A program made the position numbers and the translations under genes. From contig CP158635.1 of NCBI GenBank assembly GCA_050273025.1, positions 18,786,001 to 18,850,000 of the forward strand: 64,000 bases of DNA, written 5' to 3'. Positions 1-13,884 of this stretch are shown one piece after another. The notes under the pieces were generated by a model. It ran no database searches. It was not told the origin of the DNA and saw only the letters and a list, made by a program, of their open reading frames with translations. The number at the start of each line of letters is the position of its first letter. Position 1 is the first letter of the stretch. The DNA is from Cenococcum geophilum (Eukaryota).

Positions 1-1980
1 AAGCGCCAGACGACCAAGGCAACCAAAGCGATCATATTAGTCGTGATGAATGTGACTAATATGACGCATACACCATATGCATGTCCAAGCCGAGTGGTCT
101 ATACAGTTGTTAGGATCGGTCAAGTATATCTGGACGTGGGGATCTTACATTATTGTATACTGCAGTGACAATGACAGTTCCAATCATCAGAAGCCAATTA
201 GCCATCGGAATGTAGACTTGACCGTGGAAGATGTCGCTCGTATAGACCATCTTGATCTGGGGGAAATAGCTCATATTCATCACCTGGGAGAGAAGCTGGA
301 AAGTGGACGTAATGATAGCCTGAGAGGCGACGATTGCGGCAAGAATAGAGATTACAAGGGATGGGTAAAACATTCCAGGTGGGACTGTGTTAAAGAAGGG
401 GTTACTGTAGGCCGAGGGATCGTGAGAAATATAAGCTGCTTGGCCAATATAACCCAGCAGTAAGCACGGGTACACCAGGCACAGCCAAGAAATCTGAATG
501 GCTCGTTTGGAGAAAGCTCCCAAATCAGCAAATAGGGCCTCGACTCCTGCTGACATGTTAGAATTTCGATTACTGCTGTAGAAAGGAGAAAACCAACCAG
601 TAAAAGCTAGTAGAATCCCACCAAGCTGTATCCAGCCGGTGGTCTTATTCCTAACCAGAAAGTTTCCTGCAAAAAAGGGCGAGAATGCTTTTAGAACGGT
701 ATGATCATATTTTACTAGATTCTTTAAAGCGGTCAGTCAAACAAACCAGTTGCAGGAAGCAGTGTGCTACAGCATAGTACTCACATAGATACCGAACGTA
801 AAGTTAAACATTAGCCAAATAATCACAATCGGTGCAAATGCGCTTCCGATTTTGACTATCCCAAGAGGTTGAATGAGGAAGAGTAAGACTAGGATGGCAC
901 ACGAGACACCAACAATAGTTCCGGTGCTGATATCCGGCTTAACGACCGTCAGACCTATTATACTGTTAACCAAATTGGCTTAATAGCATAGGAAAGTTCA
1001 CACGAACCTTGAATAGCGCCGAGTACAGATTGTGCCGGAGTGAGAATACCGTCCGCAATGATGAGACTGACTCCCAATACAGCCAAGGCCTTCAGCAGAG
1101 CGCGACAAACTATGCTTCGCTCGAGGAAGCCCCTTACGTTCTTATTGCTCGGTTTCATTTCAGTGCTGAGGTAACGCTCCAGTTTGACCATGTTCTTTGT
1201 TTTCGGGTCATGGGAGGATATATGACTCTATAATGCTATTAGTTGCTGATGTTGAATCAGGTATAATTGGGAGCTTACATAGCGCGCTAACAGACTGTAC
1301 ATAGCAAAGGTGCCACCTTCACCTTCGTCATCGGCACAAAGTACGATGAAAACGTACTTGACAGTGACTATAAGTGTGATAGCCCAGATGATCAAGGATA
1401 GAGCACCAAGAAGGTCTTCATAGGAAGGATTCGATGTGAAGGTTGACGAGTATACGTAGAGTGGACTCGTCCCAATATCGCCATAGATAACTCCGGTAGA
1501 TTGGTAGGCTAGCCTGAGGTCCGAAGATCAGTATGCAGTTTGCGGATCGTCAAAACCCTGCAGGCGATCTTGCCAAGGGCTGAGGACTACTGCAATGCCT
1601 TCCATGCATGGAACGTGTGACACGGTCGCTTACCACATAAGAATCCACCCTGAAAAGACCTGCGACTTGTTAGCGTACTGGAATGGAATGGGTTTGGTAG
1701 CTATGAAAAAGACATTTTTGGATAAAACTATAGGTCACTGGAACAAATTTGCAATTGTCCATGATTGTTGGCTCAATTGAGTGGAACTTACTTGCTTTCG
1801 CTCGAAGTCACCTTCTTTGACACCCTGACCTTCATCATAGGCGGACTCAACGTCCCCAGAGCGCGTTTTAGCCATTTTCAGGTCATTGTGCTCTTCATAG
1901 GAGGTGGTGAAGCCTTTTGATCCGGCATGGTGTGGATCGTCGCTCTGTGTCATTGCAAAATGAATTCCATCGTTGGCCAT
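1..1980 (-). CDS. HAK1: KUP/HAK/KT-family high-affinity potassium transporter (multi-exon, 3' end runs off the window)
   Basis: Exon translations include [54 protein letters not shown] and [16 protein letters not shown], which are KUP/HAK signature motifs; ATG at 1980; GT-AG introns. Confidence 0.92.
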
Positions 1981-2820
1981 GCCAGGTGCGCGATGCGTCA
2001 CGAGATAATTGGATCAGAAATGATATATAGGTCAAAATAGCGCGTGGAAGCGCAAAAAAATTGTTGAAAGGAGGAAGGAAAGTTCCGTTTTGAAGGACAC
2101 AAAGGAATGAAGGTTTATAGCAAAAGTGAAAGGCCAAAGCTGTGGCTGGCCACGGTGCCTGTGCAATGTTCCCTTGTCAGGGTTGGCTGGAGGTTCAGCT
2201 GTGAAGGCAAAGGAGTAGCATTGAGGCGGAGCTGGCTACCCTGCTCGACTGCTGTTATCGAATACACCACCCTGGCGCATCTGGTTGAAAGCGCGTGTTG
2301 ATCACGCTGATCAAAATGCGTAGATTATACCTAGAAAAAGGTAAAAATATGTTAAAAAGGTATAAACTCTGCCATTTGATCACCAAGATTAACACGCGCT
2401 TTCAACCGGATGCGCCAAGGTGACGTGCATGGAGTCACATCAGGGCCGCTGCAGGGGTACCGGAGTCCTAGGCGAGTAGGTCTTATCCCGACGTTGGGAT
2501 TGGTGGGAAAATCCCGCAACTACTTGTGATGGTCGAAACCGACACATTTGGGGCAGCGGACGACTTCCAGGCTTCTAAATCAGAGTGAAAGCTACTTGCG
2601 CACAGACCCGCGCACTAGCATACCAAGCTTCTCCACGAGGCCGCTCGATGCACCTTGCAGATGGAACCCTCTTTGGTTGGATCATGTTCAGCAATTGCAT
2701 TGCATGAATGATCGAAGGATGGCTAAAATTGTCCAGAAATCTGGCCCCTTCGTGATCACCTTAGCTGTGGTCGCCCTATTGGCATACTTTTCTCAATTTG
2801 CTCACAAATATCACGCTTAT

Positions 2821-3430
2821 CCAGACTTTTAGTAAGAAAATCTATATATAATAACCATCTTTTATGGTTTGCCCCCCCTAGATTATTGCATATAGACGAT
2901 TTATGGTTATTTTACCCTTTTTCTCCCCTCACTCATTCCCCTCTCTCTCTCCTATATCTCCCCCCCTCTCCACTCTCTCCTATGGGCTCATTCTACAGAC
3001 TCGCTCTAAGGTAATATTTGATGTCATCAAAACTATATACACCCTCACCTCCCCGAACGCCTTCTCTCCCCTCTCCGTCCCTTCCTCTCCCTCCGTCCTT
3101 ACCTCCCTACCTATATCTTTCCCACTCTATATTATATGGCTAAATCTAATATATAAATAGGTAGAATGAGACATACCTAGATGCATAGGATGCGGATATA
3201 GAGAGGGGTAGAAAGGGAGGGACAATTGAGAGGTAGAGGCAGAGGTAGAGGCAAAGGCGATAAGGTAATAAAGGTGGCGACGGAGATGGCGGAGGTAATG
3301 ACGGAGGTGGCGGAGGTGACTAATTGGTCTTTGGTAAATATACGTCATTAGCATATAATAGAGAAGACGTGGTTATAATTTAGGACTAATTTTATATGAA
3401 TATGCTACTAAAGTAGTACTAAAATCTGGT
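2821..3430. repeat. Degenerate RIP-like repeat relic with pyrimidine/purine-skewed halves
   Basis: TpA-rich island with CT-rich then GA-rich tracts; ends loosely inverted (ccagacttttagta / tactaaaatctgg); resembles 13310-13740 in reverse complement. Confidence 0.4.
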
Positions 3431-3747
3431 TGTTTTCCTACAATCGACTGCCAAAATGAGACTCTTTTTGATCAGGGGTATGAGACCGTAGGGGAGGCGT
3501 TATTGACAATAATTATTTGAACGCTTACGACACAACAAGAGCCTTTCCGCATACACTCAAATACCAGATTGGGCATTCCGGAGAACCGCATTCGATACGA
3601 TGGTTTGGATCATCTCACAACTTGTGAAGACCATGTGGAACAATGACTGGTGTATCTATTGCTTGATGGTCTGAACACAGACCTGCTTCAATTCAGCCGT
3701 CCCTCTTTCCCTTTATGTATGACATAAAAATTCCATCTTTGCAACTC

Positions 3748-5536
3748 TCAATGCGTATATTTGAAGACATTTCTTCTATCCATCCGGTCCTCAAACGTCG
3801 TCTTCCCCCTTAACTCCTCACGCTCCACTTCGCCCATTTCCGCTAACGCGCGTTCATTCTTCTTATTCGGATAATCATTGTACAGCTGCATCAAAACAAC
3901 AATCAAACACAGCCGAAAGAGTCGCGATGATGCTGATTTTTCCCGAGATATAGCCTGGTGCTTGCTTCTGCTGGAAAGTCTGCGTGCCGAGGATGTTGCC
4001 GACGGCAAACGAGACGAGCGTAAGAGCATTGGTGGTAACCTCCTTTGAGTGTCCAGCAATGTTCCTGTAATGGATATCAGTGGCAAAGCTTTAGCCGTCG
4101 GGAGATGTTGACAACGTGAATTGACTTACGATGCATTCTAAGCAAGCAGCAACATGAATGCCGCACCGAAAATGCCAGTCAAAAATGAGGCGGCGAGTAG
4201 ACTAGCTTTGTTTTTTGGAGTGCCGTTCGGGTCTAGTCCGATCATGAGCCCAGCTTCCAGAATAGTTGGTATGACGCAGATAAGCATAGCGCTGTAGGAA
4301 AAAGTATTTCATAAACTGACTGTCCGGTGGCAAAAATCTCAAAGTATTTGACTCATATTGATCTGTCACGCTATTTATCAGAGAGCTAGCCAGTAAGAAG
4401 CACAGGGAAAACCCCGATTTCTCCACTAGGTGTGTTCAAAACCAGCGCTTGCGGCGGGGAGTAGCCGAAGGTAGTCAATAGTATGCTTGAGAAGTTCGAG
4501 ATACCGCCGTTTGGAATGGAAGAAAGAAACGTTGCCAGGCAGATCAAGTAGACGCGGAGGCCCTTGAATGTCTCTGAGCTTGCGCCTTCTTTAAGCCGGA
4601 GTTCTGCGTTCCACTGCTGCGTTGTGAGAAGATGCTCGTAATATATCAGAACAGCTAACTAACCTCTGATTCTCCTTCACTCTCATCAAAGCGGTCACTT
4701 TTTCTGCATCTGTGAACCGTTTCGCCTTCACGGGCAAATCGGGCAGGAACACACACACCAGAGCTCCGACAATAATTGTTAATGCCCCAATCGCATGAAA
4801 AAATATTCTCCACCTTGCAAAATTCGTTTTAGCAAAGCCAACTCCGTACGTCAGGAAACCTCCAAAGATCGTAGTGAGAGAGTTGCAGACATAGAACCAG
4901 CTTACCCGTCGGCCTTGTTGTTCCTCCTTGTACCACAGAGCAATGACCAAGACCAAGATAGGAGCTACGTAACTTTCGAATACTCCAGGTAGGGTACGGC
5001 ATATTGTAAGCCCAGCAAATGTCGTACATGCTGCATGACAACCTAAGGCGAATCCCCATATCATAATGTTAACTCCAAGGTTATAGGCCCAGACGTGATA
5101 TAAGCTGGGCGAGATATTGCGTAGGAAATTCCGCTGCGAGAAACCCTATGGAACCTTTAGCGTCGGTGTGTTTTCTTGAGATTTTCATTACGCACAACGA
5201 ATCCGAACGAGTGAACGGCCACGCAACAATGTTGAACAGCATCGAAAGGTCCGAATAATCTTGTCTTTTCAAGTGGGTATCCGTCCGGATCTCCATAACA
5301 GCCGTATAAGACAATGTAGTCTTATCTAGAAATTGCAGGAAATACACAGCAGTAAGAAGCATGGCAGTAGTACGGTCAATTTTCCGCTCTAGCTCCTTCA
5401 ACTGCATAGGGTCTTCGAGGATGGCGTTGCCGGCTTCGGCAATTGCTGCGGCCCGGGGGTGATTCTCGAGATACGCCAGTGCTTCATCTGAACCTCGGAG
5501 ATTCATTACTATAGCTCCTCCCTTTCCAGAGGCCAC
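3748..5536 (-). pseudogene. MFS allantoate permease (DAL5/anion:cation symporter family) pseudogene
   Basis: Motifs YFLQFLDKTTLSY, AEFPTQYLAQ, WYKEEQQGRRVSWFYVCNS and C-terminal FEDRMDRRNVFKYTH; frameshift near 5085, stop/frameshift near 4590, fragmented C-terminal half, no ATG at the expected start. Confidence 0.8.
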
Positions 5537-6815
5537 AGATGTATTCCAAGCGTCTAGAAAGCCAAATGGCTTTCCCCGACAATCTTTTTATTGGACATGA
5601 TATTAGCAGGGTCCTGGCGCTAATAGTATGAGAACTAAGACGACTAAATTCGCCGGTGTTGGAGAAGAAGTGTTGTGCTACACGAAGGAAAGGTTGATTA
5701 TGGGTCTGACGGCATTCATATAAGAGGCATCGCGGCAGGACGACATAAAAGACCGACCTATGACAAGGTAAAAAGTCTATGACAGACATGGCTTATCGGT
5801 AACCATCTCTTATCGCATAACATAACAGACAGACGGCAATAGAATGCGGAGTTGTTTGAAAGTTCATGCGGTGCCATTATCGATATAAGAACATGGTGAT
5901 GATCCTCGTTCAGGATCCTAAATAGGAAGGTTGTTAGACGCGTATTGTGACGAGTGTAGCATTGCCTTATTGATAGCTCCCCGTCATTTTTACGTTAGAA
6001 ATGGGATAACATGCTAATATCTTACCAGAAAGTATAGCATTGGCATAAGAAGAGTTCGAGGAAGAGGGCTGTTGGGGCACCTCGGATAAGTGATGTTGCA
6101 AATTACGGTGTTGCTTCTGCATTTAGAATTCGAGCGTGAAGCACAACATCACGCTAGACCTAAGCAGGTGATTTGGCCTTGAAAGGGTTGATGCTACTAC
6201 CCAAAGTATCTTACCCAAACTCTGTCATGTCTGTCCATACGATGATTTTCTGGGAACGAAAAGTGTTGCAGGATGGAGAGACTGGCCCGCCAATATGTGC
6301 ATACTTAACGCTACACCGCGCACCCGAAACGAGTGGGAAACGAAAAGGAAACAGGTTCCTAATCCCCGCCTCTCATCCTTGACGCCATGGCTTGTTGCCT
6401 TCAACGGTCGTGCACCGCGCAGGACCAGGCCTTCTACACCAGCTTGTCCTGCCGGATGCATACAGCGTTTAGAAGAGCTCTACGCACCCTTCTGCTCCCT
6501 CCAGCTGGATGCCGACTTCTCCTGGGCATCTTTGCTTAGTCATTAACGCTAATTCTCCTTAATTATCCTGGGAGCAATTGATTGGCGCCACTTCGTTGGG
6601 AATTTCAATTTCTCGGCAACTTACGTTCCAGAGCGTCAAATAAATCGAGCACAATTATCTCGAAAGTCCCGAAGCTACCCTACGCGCTAGGGACAAGTGA
6701 CAATCCTCGCTGAAACCCCACGTCCTTGCGACCCACCACCGATCGAACACAAAGCACCTCAAAAGGCACACGACATTCCCGTTACACCTCCGGCATCTGA
6801 ACACCATCCTCCAAG

Positions 6816-7708
6816 ATGCCGTCCCAACGCCGAGTGAAGGTCTTTTGCCTCATGGTCCTCCTCACCGTTCTCGTAACGCTCTATATGACGTCGTCCGCCC
6901 GGCACACACGCTCCTCCGATTTCTACACTAAGACGCAAGACGCCCTACAAGCGAAGGACAGAGCTGAAGCAGCGAAGAAAATAGAGATAGACGATGTTGG
7001 TGCGCGTTTGAAAGCAGCAGAGGATGCCGCGAAGAAGGCAGCCGATGCCAAGGGCCAGAAACTACAGGAGGCTGTCACAGGGGAGGACTCTACAGGTGGA
7101 GAGAAGAGTGTCGCCGGTAGGGTTATGATGAAAGACCAAGACGAGAAGGTTCTTGGAGTAGCGGGCGTAGGCGGAAACCCGGCAGATCGGGCTGCGGCGA
7201 AGCAGGAGCAGGAGCCTGAGACCGAGGAAGACCACGAGGTGGAAGCAGAGTTAAATGCGATTCTAAAAAAAAGTCCAAGTAAGTTCCCACTTTTCGCTCA
7301 GACATCCTTGCTCTCAACACCATGGGAAAGATTACATTCTCATTATGGAGCGTCTTTGCTAACTCGTGGCTTTCAATAGTAATAATTTTCTCCAAAACCT
7401 TCTGTCCTTTCTCCCTTAAAGCCAAAACTATCCTCCTCAAGCAATACAAAATTGTTCCACCGCCTTACGTCGTTGAACTGAATGAACACCCTCTCGGTCC
7501 TGCGCTACAAGCTGCACTGGCAAAGAGCACCGGCCGCCACACCGTCCCGAATGTTCTAATAAACGGCAAGAGTATCGGTGGAGGAGACGACATCGAGGCA
7601 CTGCATCAGAGGGGTAAACTGATTGACACAGTGAAGAGCATGGGGGCAAAGAGGATCGTGGAGGCGAGTCTGATTGAAATCAAATCGAAGCAGGAGGTGA
7701 AGAGGTAA
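6816..7708 (+). CDS. Membrane-anchored monothiol glutaredoxin (Grx6/7-like), 2 exons
   Basis: N-terminal hydrophobic anchor; intron 7279-7379; exon 2 IIFSKTFCPFS active site, TVPNVLINGKSIGGGDD. Confidence 0.88.
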
Positions 7709-8745
7709 TGAGCAACGTATGGTAATGACGTGACATTGATTAGGGTTTGATGCTTCTGTGTATTAATATTGGGCTTCCATTCTTTGGACACTGGCATCGG
7801 GCTAGTTGGGACATGGCGTTATCGAGTTGGACACGGCCTGAAAGAGTTCTATTCTGCTGCTATTACGGAAGGGGATGAGCCTTTGTTATCGCTTTTTAAA
7901 ACCTGTGGAGATACCCTGTATAATGCACAAGGAGTGACTCTGTGTTGTAATTTTGATGAACTCGTTCTTCAAGGATGGCATCCTAAATATTTCGCTAATG
8001 CTAATTTTGAGAAGTACAACACTAAATCTGAAAATACAATGGGCTAATCATATTACACACAGATTGGGCTCCATGAAATCGGCCTCTGCACCTCCACGAG
8101 GTGGAGCCCGGGAACCTAGCGGCTACTATTGGTGTTCCATTAGGATCGTGCCATAGACTGTTAGAGCAAACGCAGAGACGAATGTACGGCAGCGCGTCGC
8201 AGGCGCTGCGACGTGATGATGACGGGAAAAATTTCTTGCTGGGAGGGTGAGCCCCAGTAGAGACTTAAGAACATAGCTACTACGTCTCGACGTACATATT
8301 CAAGCCATTGAACCACGGCAATCTACCTTTTTGCGACCCCCTTCCTCCTATACAATATAACCACATTATACGCGCAATCGAACCATATATACCTCGTAGG
8401 CGGGAGGCCTGCGATAAGCCTCTTAACCACCCGCCTTATATACTACCCTACCCGATAGCCTGGATTTACTAAACGCACGGTATTTCTTTCGTCTTCCTCT
8501 ACGTATCTTTTTGGCTGGGAGATATAGTAGGGGACCTAGGTTAGGGCCCTAGGATAAGATAGCTAATAATTAGAGCTTGAGCGGCGGTCAGCGTTTTGGG
8601 ATTAGTGGCATTCGTGAAAGGCTGACCCGCTTAGTCATGATCGGTACGGAAAATTCCCTCGGTCTCGCCAACACCCACACAGGTTGCGACGCCAATATTC
8701 AAGATCCGACTACGACCTCATTAACGCCCCGACAATCGACTCAAG

Positions 8746-9583
8746 ATGAAGTACATTCATTCGTCCGAGTCGTTAACTATCCCGGAGGGTGGTAAGTTGC
8801 TATTGTTCACAAAATTTGGAGTGGGAAGGGTGACGAGGACTAACATTCGTCATTTTACAGTCAAGGTGCACATCAAGACGAGGACAGTGACAGTTGAGGG
8901 CCCAAGAGGTACGAATGGGTAATCTCAATGCTAAAATCCTACCGTGCTCAGTATTCTATCAGGAAAACTCACCAAAAACCTCGGACATCTCGCCGTCACC
9001 TTCACGCACCCCGCTAAAAACGTCATTAATGTCGAACTCCACCACGGCTCGCGCAAGAGCGTCGCTACCCTCCGAACGGTCCGAACACTCATCAACAACC
9101 TAATCGTCGGCGTTACGAAAGGCTTCAAGTACAAGATGCGATACGTCTACGCCCATTTCCCCATCAATGTCAACATTGAGAAGAACAAGGAGACCGATTT
9201 GTACGAGATTGAGATTCGGTATGTTGGAAGACCTCCAGGCTAGAGATTGTACTAGATATATGAGGCAAGATGGAATTAAGGCTGACGTTTCGTTTTTAGA
9301 AACTTCATTGGTGAGAAGATCGTACGACGAGTCACAATGCACCCTGGTGTCACAGTAGAGACATCAAAGAACGTGAAGGATGAGCTCCAGATCACTGGAA
9401 ACTCTCTTGAGAACGTTTCGCAGAGCGCTGCCGACATCCAGCAGATATGCCGGGTGCGGAACAAGGATATTCGGAAGGTCAGTATATGTGTCTATGGCAA
9501 CGCAGCTCAGCCGCTGACCGTATCTCGTGTAGTTCTTGGACGGTCTGTACGTTTCGGAGAGGGGTAACATCATTGAGGATTAA
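8746..9583 (+). CDS. RPL9: 60S ribosomal protein L9 (uL6), 5 exons
   Basis: [15 protein letters not shown]..., [49 protein letters not shown]; four GT-AG introns. Confidence 0.97.
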
Positions 9584-10425
9584 GCGGGGATGAGGAGTGG
9601 TTGTTTCATTCATGGTCATGGGCACCTCTTTGCATTGCGATACGACCGGGAGTAGCTTGGACGTTACAGCTTGAAAGCAATTTCCAATAAAATCATTTCC
9701 ACCATCAGATACATGTACACCTCGCCTTAGTCCTAGGTCCCATGGCGCCTGCTCAAGAACGCACATTCGAACACAACAGCCATACTAGGCTTCACTGCAA
9801 TAAAGTGCTTTCTGGTACTGTCCCTAAAGGGCCCCGTTCACTTTAAGAGTTTTCAACTCTCATCCTCATAATTCTTCTTACATTAGGTCTACTAATACGA
9901 ATCCTGATATGAGGCGCGAGGGATACTGAATTCGAAATTGCGGCACTTGCCTTCCCTCGGATCTCCTTTAAGATTCCCGAGTATTATATGGAGGCCAAGG
10001 ATTAAGGAAATTCTGAAAGTAGATTCTGGGCCAGGAAGAGTGAAAGATAACGGCTTTATTGTTAATACTCGGAAGATATTTTCTTTTGGCAATAGAACCG
10101 GTTTACTCATAATTTATGATGTAAGCGTCGACTTATTTAACCGTTGGCCAATCGCATGTGTTAGGATTGGCGCGTCTCTCATTAGCCCGACTTTTAACAA
10201 TCATGTTGCAACGCGTTTGCCCTGTAACCTCTCAGATTAGGTATCCCCGCATCACGATTTTAAGAACTAACGCCGCAAAATCCGCAATGGGGCTAGTCTT
10301 CAGACGACATGCGGGACGCCAAATATATATTAAACATCGAGGGACCTCCCTTGCTTGGCCAACATATTCTTCCTCAACTGAATCAATTTGAACCAAAACT
10401 GTGCAGCATCCTCCCATCAACCAAA

Positions 10426-11679
10426 ATGTCCAGCAACGGAGTTGTGTCAGTGGATGATCTCCTCAAAGAGTCCAAGGCTGAGTATAGACAGCTCGGCAAG
10501 AGCGGACTGAGGGTTTCCGTGCCTATTCTGGGTGCTATGAGTTTCGGCGATAAGAAATGGCTACCATGGGTACTAGACGAGGATGAGGCACTGCCGCTCC
10601 TAAAGGCTGCGTACGACAAAGGCATCAATACTTGGGATACAGGTGCATACTCGCTTAGCCGGTCTAAATCAAATATGTAAATTATGAGTGCTAATTCTAC
10701 TCGAGCAGCGAACGTCTACAGCAACGGCGCGAGCGAACGGGTGATCGCTAAGGCGATTAAAAAATACAATCTTCCCCGCGAGAAGCTCGTTATCATGACC
10801 AAATGCTACAGCTACGTTGGCGAGCAGACCGAACTCCGGACAATCCTGTATCGCGAGCAGCTTCCAAAGCTGAAGGACTACGTCAATCAGGGCGGATTGT
10901 CGAGAGCGGCCATATTTAATGCCGTTAGAAAGAGCTTGAAGAGATTAGAACTAGACTATATTGATTTACTACAAATTCACAGATTCGACAAAACTACGCC
11001 TATTGAAGAAACTATGGAAGCTTTGCATGATCTCGTAAAGAGTGGGAAAGTTAGGTATATTGGAGCAAGCTCCATGTGGGCCACTGAAGTAAGCTGCGTC
11101 TAACATAGGCTTCAGATTATAGGCTGATAATTGCGCTTTTAGTTTGCAATGATGCAATTCGTTGCGGAGAAGAACGGGTGGACCAAATTCGTGTCCATGC
11201 AGAATCAATATAATCTGCTCTACCGAGAAGAGGAGCGAGAGATGAATAGGTTCTGTAACTTAACCGGTGTCGGCCTAATTCCGGTAAGTAGAGCTTAAAT
11301 CTTTCCAAGGTCCCTCTAGCTAACGTCGGCGCAGTGGGCACCCCTTTGCAGAGGCTATCTCGCCCGTCCGGTGTCACAACTCGGCACTACCACTCGCTCA
11401 GCCGGGGAGAAGGACAGCCCCTGGTCTACTATCGGCCACCAAGATAATGACAAACAAATTATAGAGCGCGTAGAGGAGTTAGCAAAAAGGCATGGTTGGA
11501 AAATGAGCGTTGTGGCCCTGGCTTGGATCAATAAGAGGATCACCTCTCCGATTATCGGATTCAGTTCTGTTGAGAGGATGGATGAGGCTTTGGAAGCCAC
11601 AGACAAAATTCTGACAGATGAGGAAGAGAAGTATCTCATGGAACTGTACCAGCCACGAGAGATCAATGGTCACGTTTAA
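10426..11679 (+). CDS. Aldo-keto reductase (aryl-alcohol dehydrogenase-like), 4 exons
   Basis: [76 protein letters not shown]. Confidence 0.92.
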
Positions 11680-11943
11680 GAAATGCCAGGTAGAGATTTG
11701 CTGAAATAGTACAAGCAAAAATGCCTGCGCTTGTTCTTCGGAAGGTGTGCTAAAGGCCACTTATGCGTTCCAAATAGTTCAAGATTCAACTTTTTTGCTC
11801 CAAAGTGGTTGTCCGTGCTAATATGCTTGCTGCCGTTATCAAAATGCTGACTCGCTCACATCGCGTACAGTACTACGTCTCACGTATACGCGACCGCGAC
11901 CGCGACCACCAACCCTCTACCTCCTACCCACCACCACACAACG

Positions 11944-13022
11944 ATGAGGCGCTCGTTCGGCCAGGAAATAAGTGGAAATCGCAGGCCAAAGGCCGAATTG
12001 ATGCCTGCAGCGCGCGCAGCCTTGTTGGCGATGCATGAGGCTGGTGTATCGAGCGCAGAGCTTGCGCACGAATTCGACGTTTATCCAAGCTGCGTATACA
12101 AGACTATTAAGAGGTGGAGCAACCACAAAACCCTTATATCTCTACCAAGATCTGGTAGGCCTGAGAAGCTTAACTAAAGGGAGAAGCGTACGGCTATTCG
12201 AGCTGCTCGTAGAGCGCCTAAAATTAAGTATAAACCTCTTATAATCGAGGCGGGGGTAGAGCACGTCAGTAGGGCTACCATCTATTGATTACTTAAGGAG
12301 AAGGGCCTTACGAACTACCGTTGCAAGAAAAGGCCTAAATTTAGTGTAGGCTACACAGCCTTAAGGCTTAGATTCTTACGAGAGTATCGCCATTTTAATT
12401 GGGAGTGCCGAACGGTTAAATTCTCTAATAAGTGCTTGGTGGAACGGGGTTCGGGTTAGAACGTAAAGTAGTACTTTTGCTACCCTAACAAGAAGTAGAA
12501 TAGGGAGATAATTTAAGAGAAGGATACGCTAAAGGGCCTCCGCCAGATGGTATGGGGTGCAATTTAGCTTACCCTAAACGGCAGGGTAGGGAGGAGCCTA
12601 TTAATTATTATAGAGAGAGACCCTAACACCGCGAAGAACGGGTACTCTGCCAGCTTATATATAGAGACTCTTACCTATAGCCTGCTTTCTTAATATCGTC
12701 CAGGCCAAAATTTTATGCAAGATAATGCACCTATATATAACGCCAAATATATAAAGGGCTTCCTTAAGAAGCATGGTATCTAGACTATAGAATGGCCGCC
12801 TTACTTGCCTAATCTTAACCCGATCAAGTACCTCTGGTAGGCTCTTAAAAAGCTAGTTCATAAACTATACCCTAAATTAGCCACTATAGGAGATTCGGAA
12901 GAGGATTTAAAAGCTTTACGGAAGGCGTTAAAAGAGGCGTGGAAGAAGCTACCGAATTGCCTCATTCGGCGCCTCATTAAATATATACTAAGAAGGCAAA
13001 AGGCTGGCAGACGAAGTATTAA
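11944..13022 (+). mobile_element. Tc1/mariner DD34E transposase relic, RIP-inactivated
   Basis: HTH N-terminus with PRSGRP; RIP-damaged FSDE (~12421), FMQDNAP (D at 12721), P(D)LNPI(E) 35 codons later; C-terminus KAKGWQTKY-stop at 13022; many TAA/TAG stops; no clear TIR pair found. Confidence 0.88.
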
Positions 13023-13309
13023 CCTTAGGATGCTAGGAGAATATATAGGTTTATCTATATAAGATATAAATTTGAAGTGGTAGTAGGAACTGCGCATTGA
13101 CCAGGCGACCGAGACTTTTGACGACCGACTGTAAACCTCTCTCCAGCCAGGTGTCGCTCTGACAACTCTACTTCCCTTCGGTACCTAAAAGACTTTTAAA
13201 ACAGAGAGTAGTCATTGCAAGTGTTTTTGCTTAGCTTCATATATCATCTTAAGATACAGAGAGACCACAGGGGGCTGGGATCTTTTGCGGACACATTACA
13301 CTTTTAAAG

Positions 13310-13880
13310 TAGTATTTAGATATTATAGTCCTACTTTAGTAATACCCTTATATACTAATATACACGTACGTCTAGTAAAAGCTTTAAATTATATACTTTA
13401 CTATTTACTACCTTATTTTAAGGCCTTCTATTCTACCACTTACTACCCCTAATATCTCTGATATCTCCGACGCCTCTATTACTACTTTATTACCACTTTT
13501 ATTACCACCTTATTATCTCAGCCTTATATACCTTCACCTCTATTTCTATCTCTACTTTTACCTCTACTTCTCTTATATAGCTTTATTTATATTATAATTG
13601 TATTACTTTATTAATATAGATTCTTAAAAGATAATAAAGAGAAAGAGAAAGAGATAAAGAGGTAGAGGGAAAGAGAAAGGTATAAAGGGAGGAAGAGAGA
13701 AGAAATAGAAGTATAAAGGAGATATAATTAGCTTACTACTACAGCTTAAGAATATTAGTTGACTTTAGATATAAAAAAGAGGTAAATTTTTACTTTTAGA
13801 TAGTAAAGAACTAAGTAAGTACTTTTATTTTAATTAAATATATAGGCCAATTTTAGCTTTAAAGAGGTACTTAAATAATC
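13310..13880. repeat. AT-rich RIP relic, possibly related to 2821-3430
   Basis: Very TpA-rich; CT-rich then GA-rich tracts similar to the reverse complement of 3060-3430. Confidence 0.4.
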
Positions 13881-13884
13881 CTAG

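Noticed and set aside
9892..10391. Short overlapping ORFs between RPL9 and the aldo-keto reductase
   Set aside because: No recognisable motifs or splice structure
11760..13100. Terminal inverted repeats for the Tc1 relic
   Set aside because: The left candidate (tgcgttccaaatagttc) has no convincing inverted partner after the transposase stop
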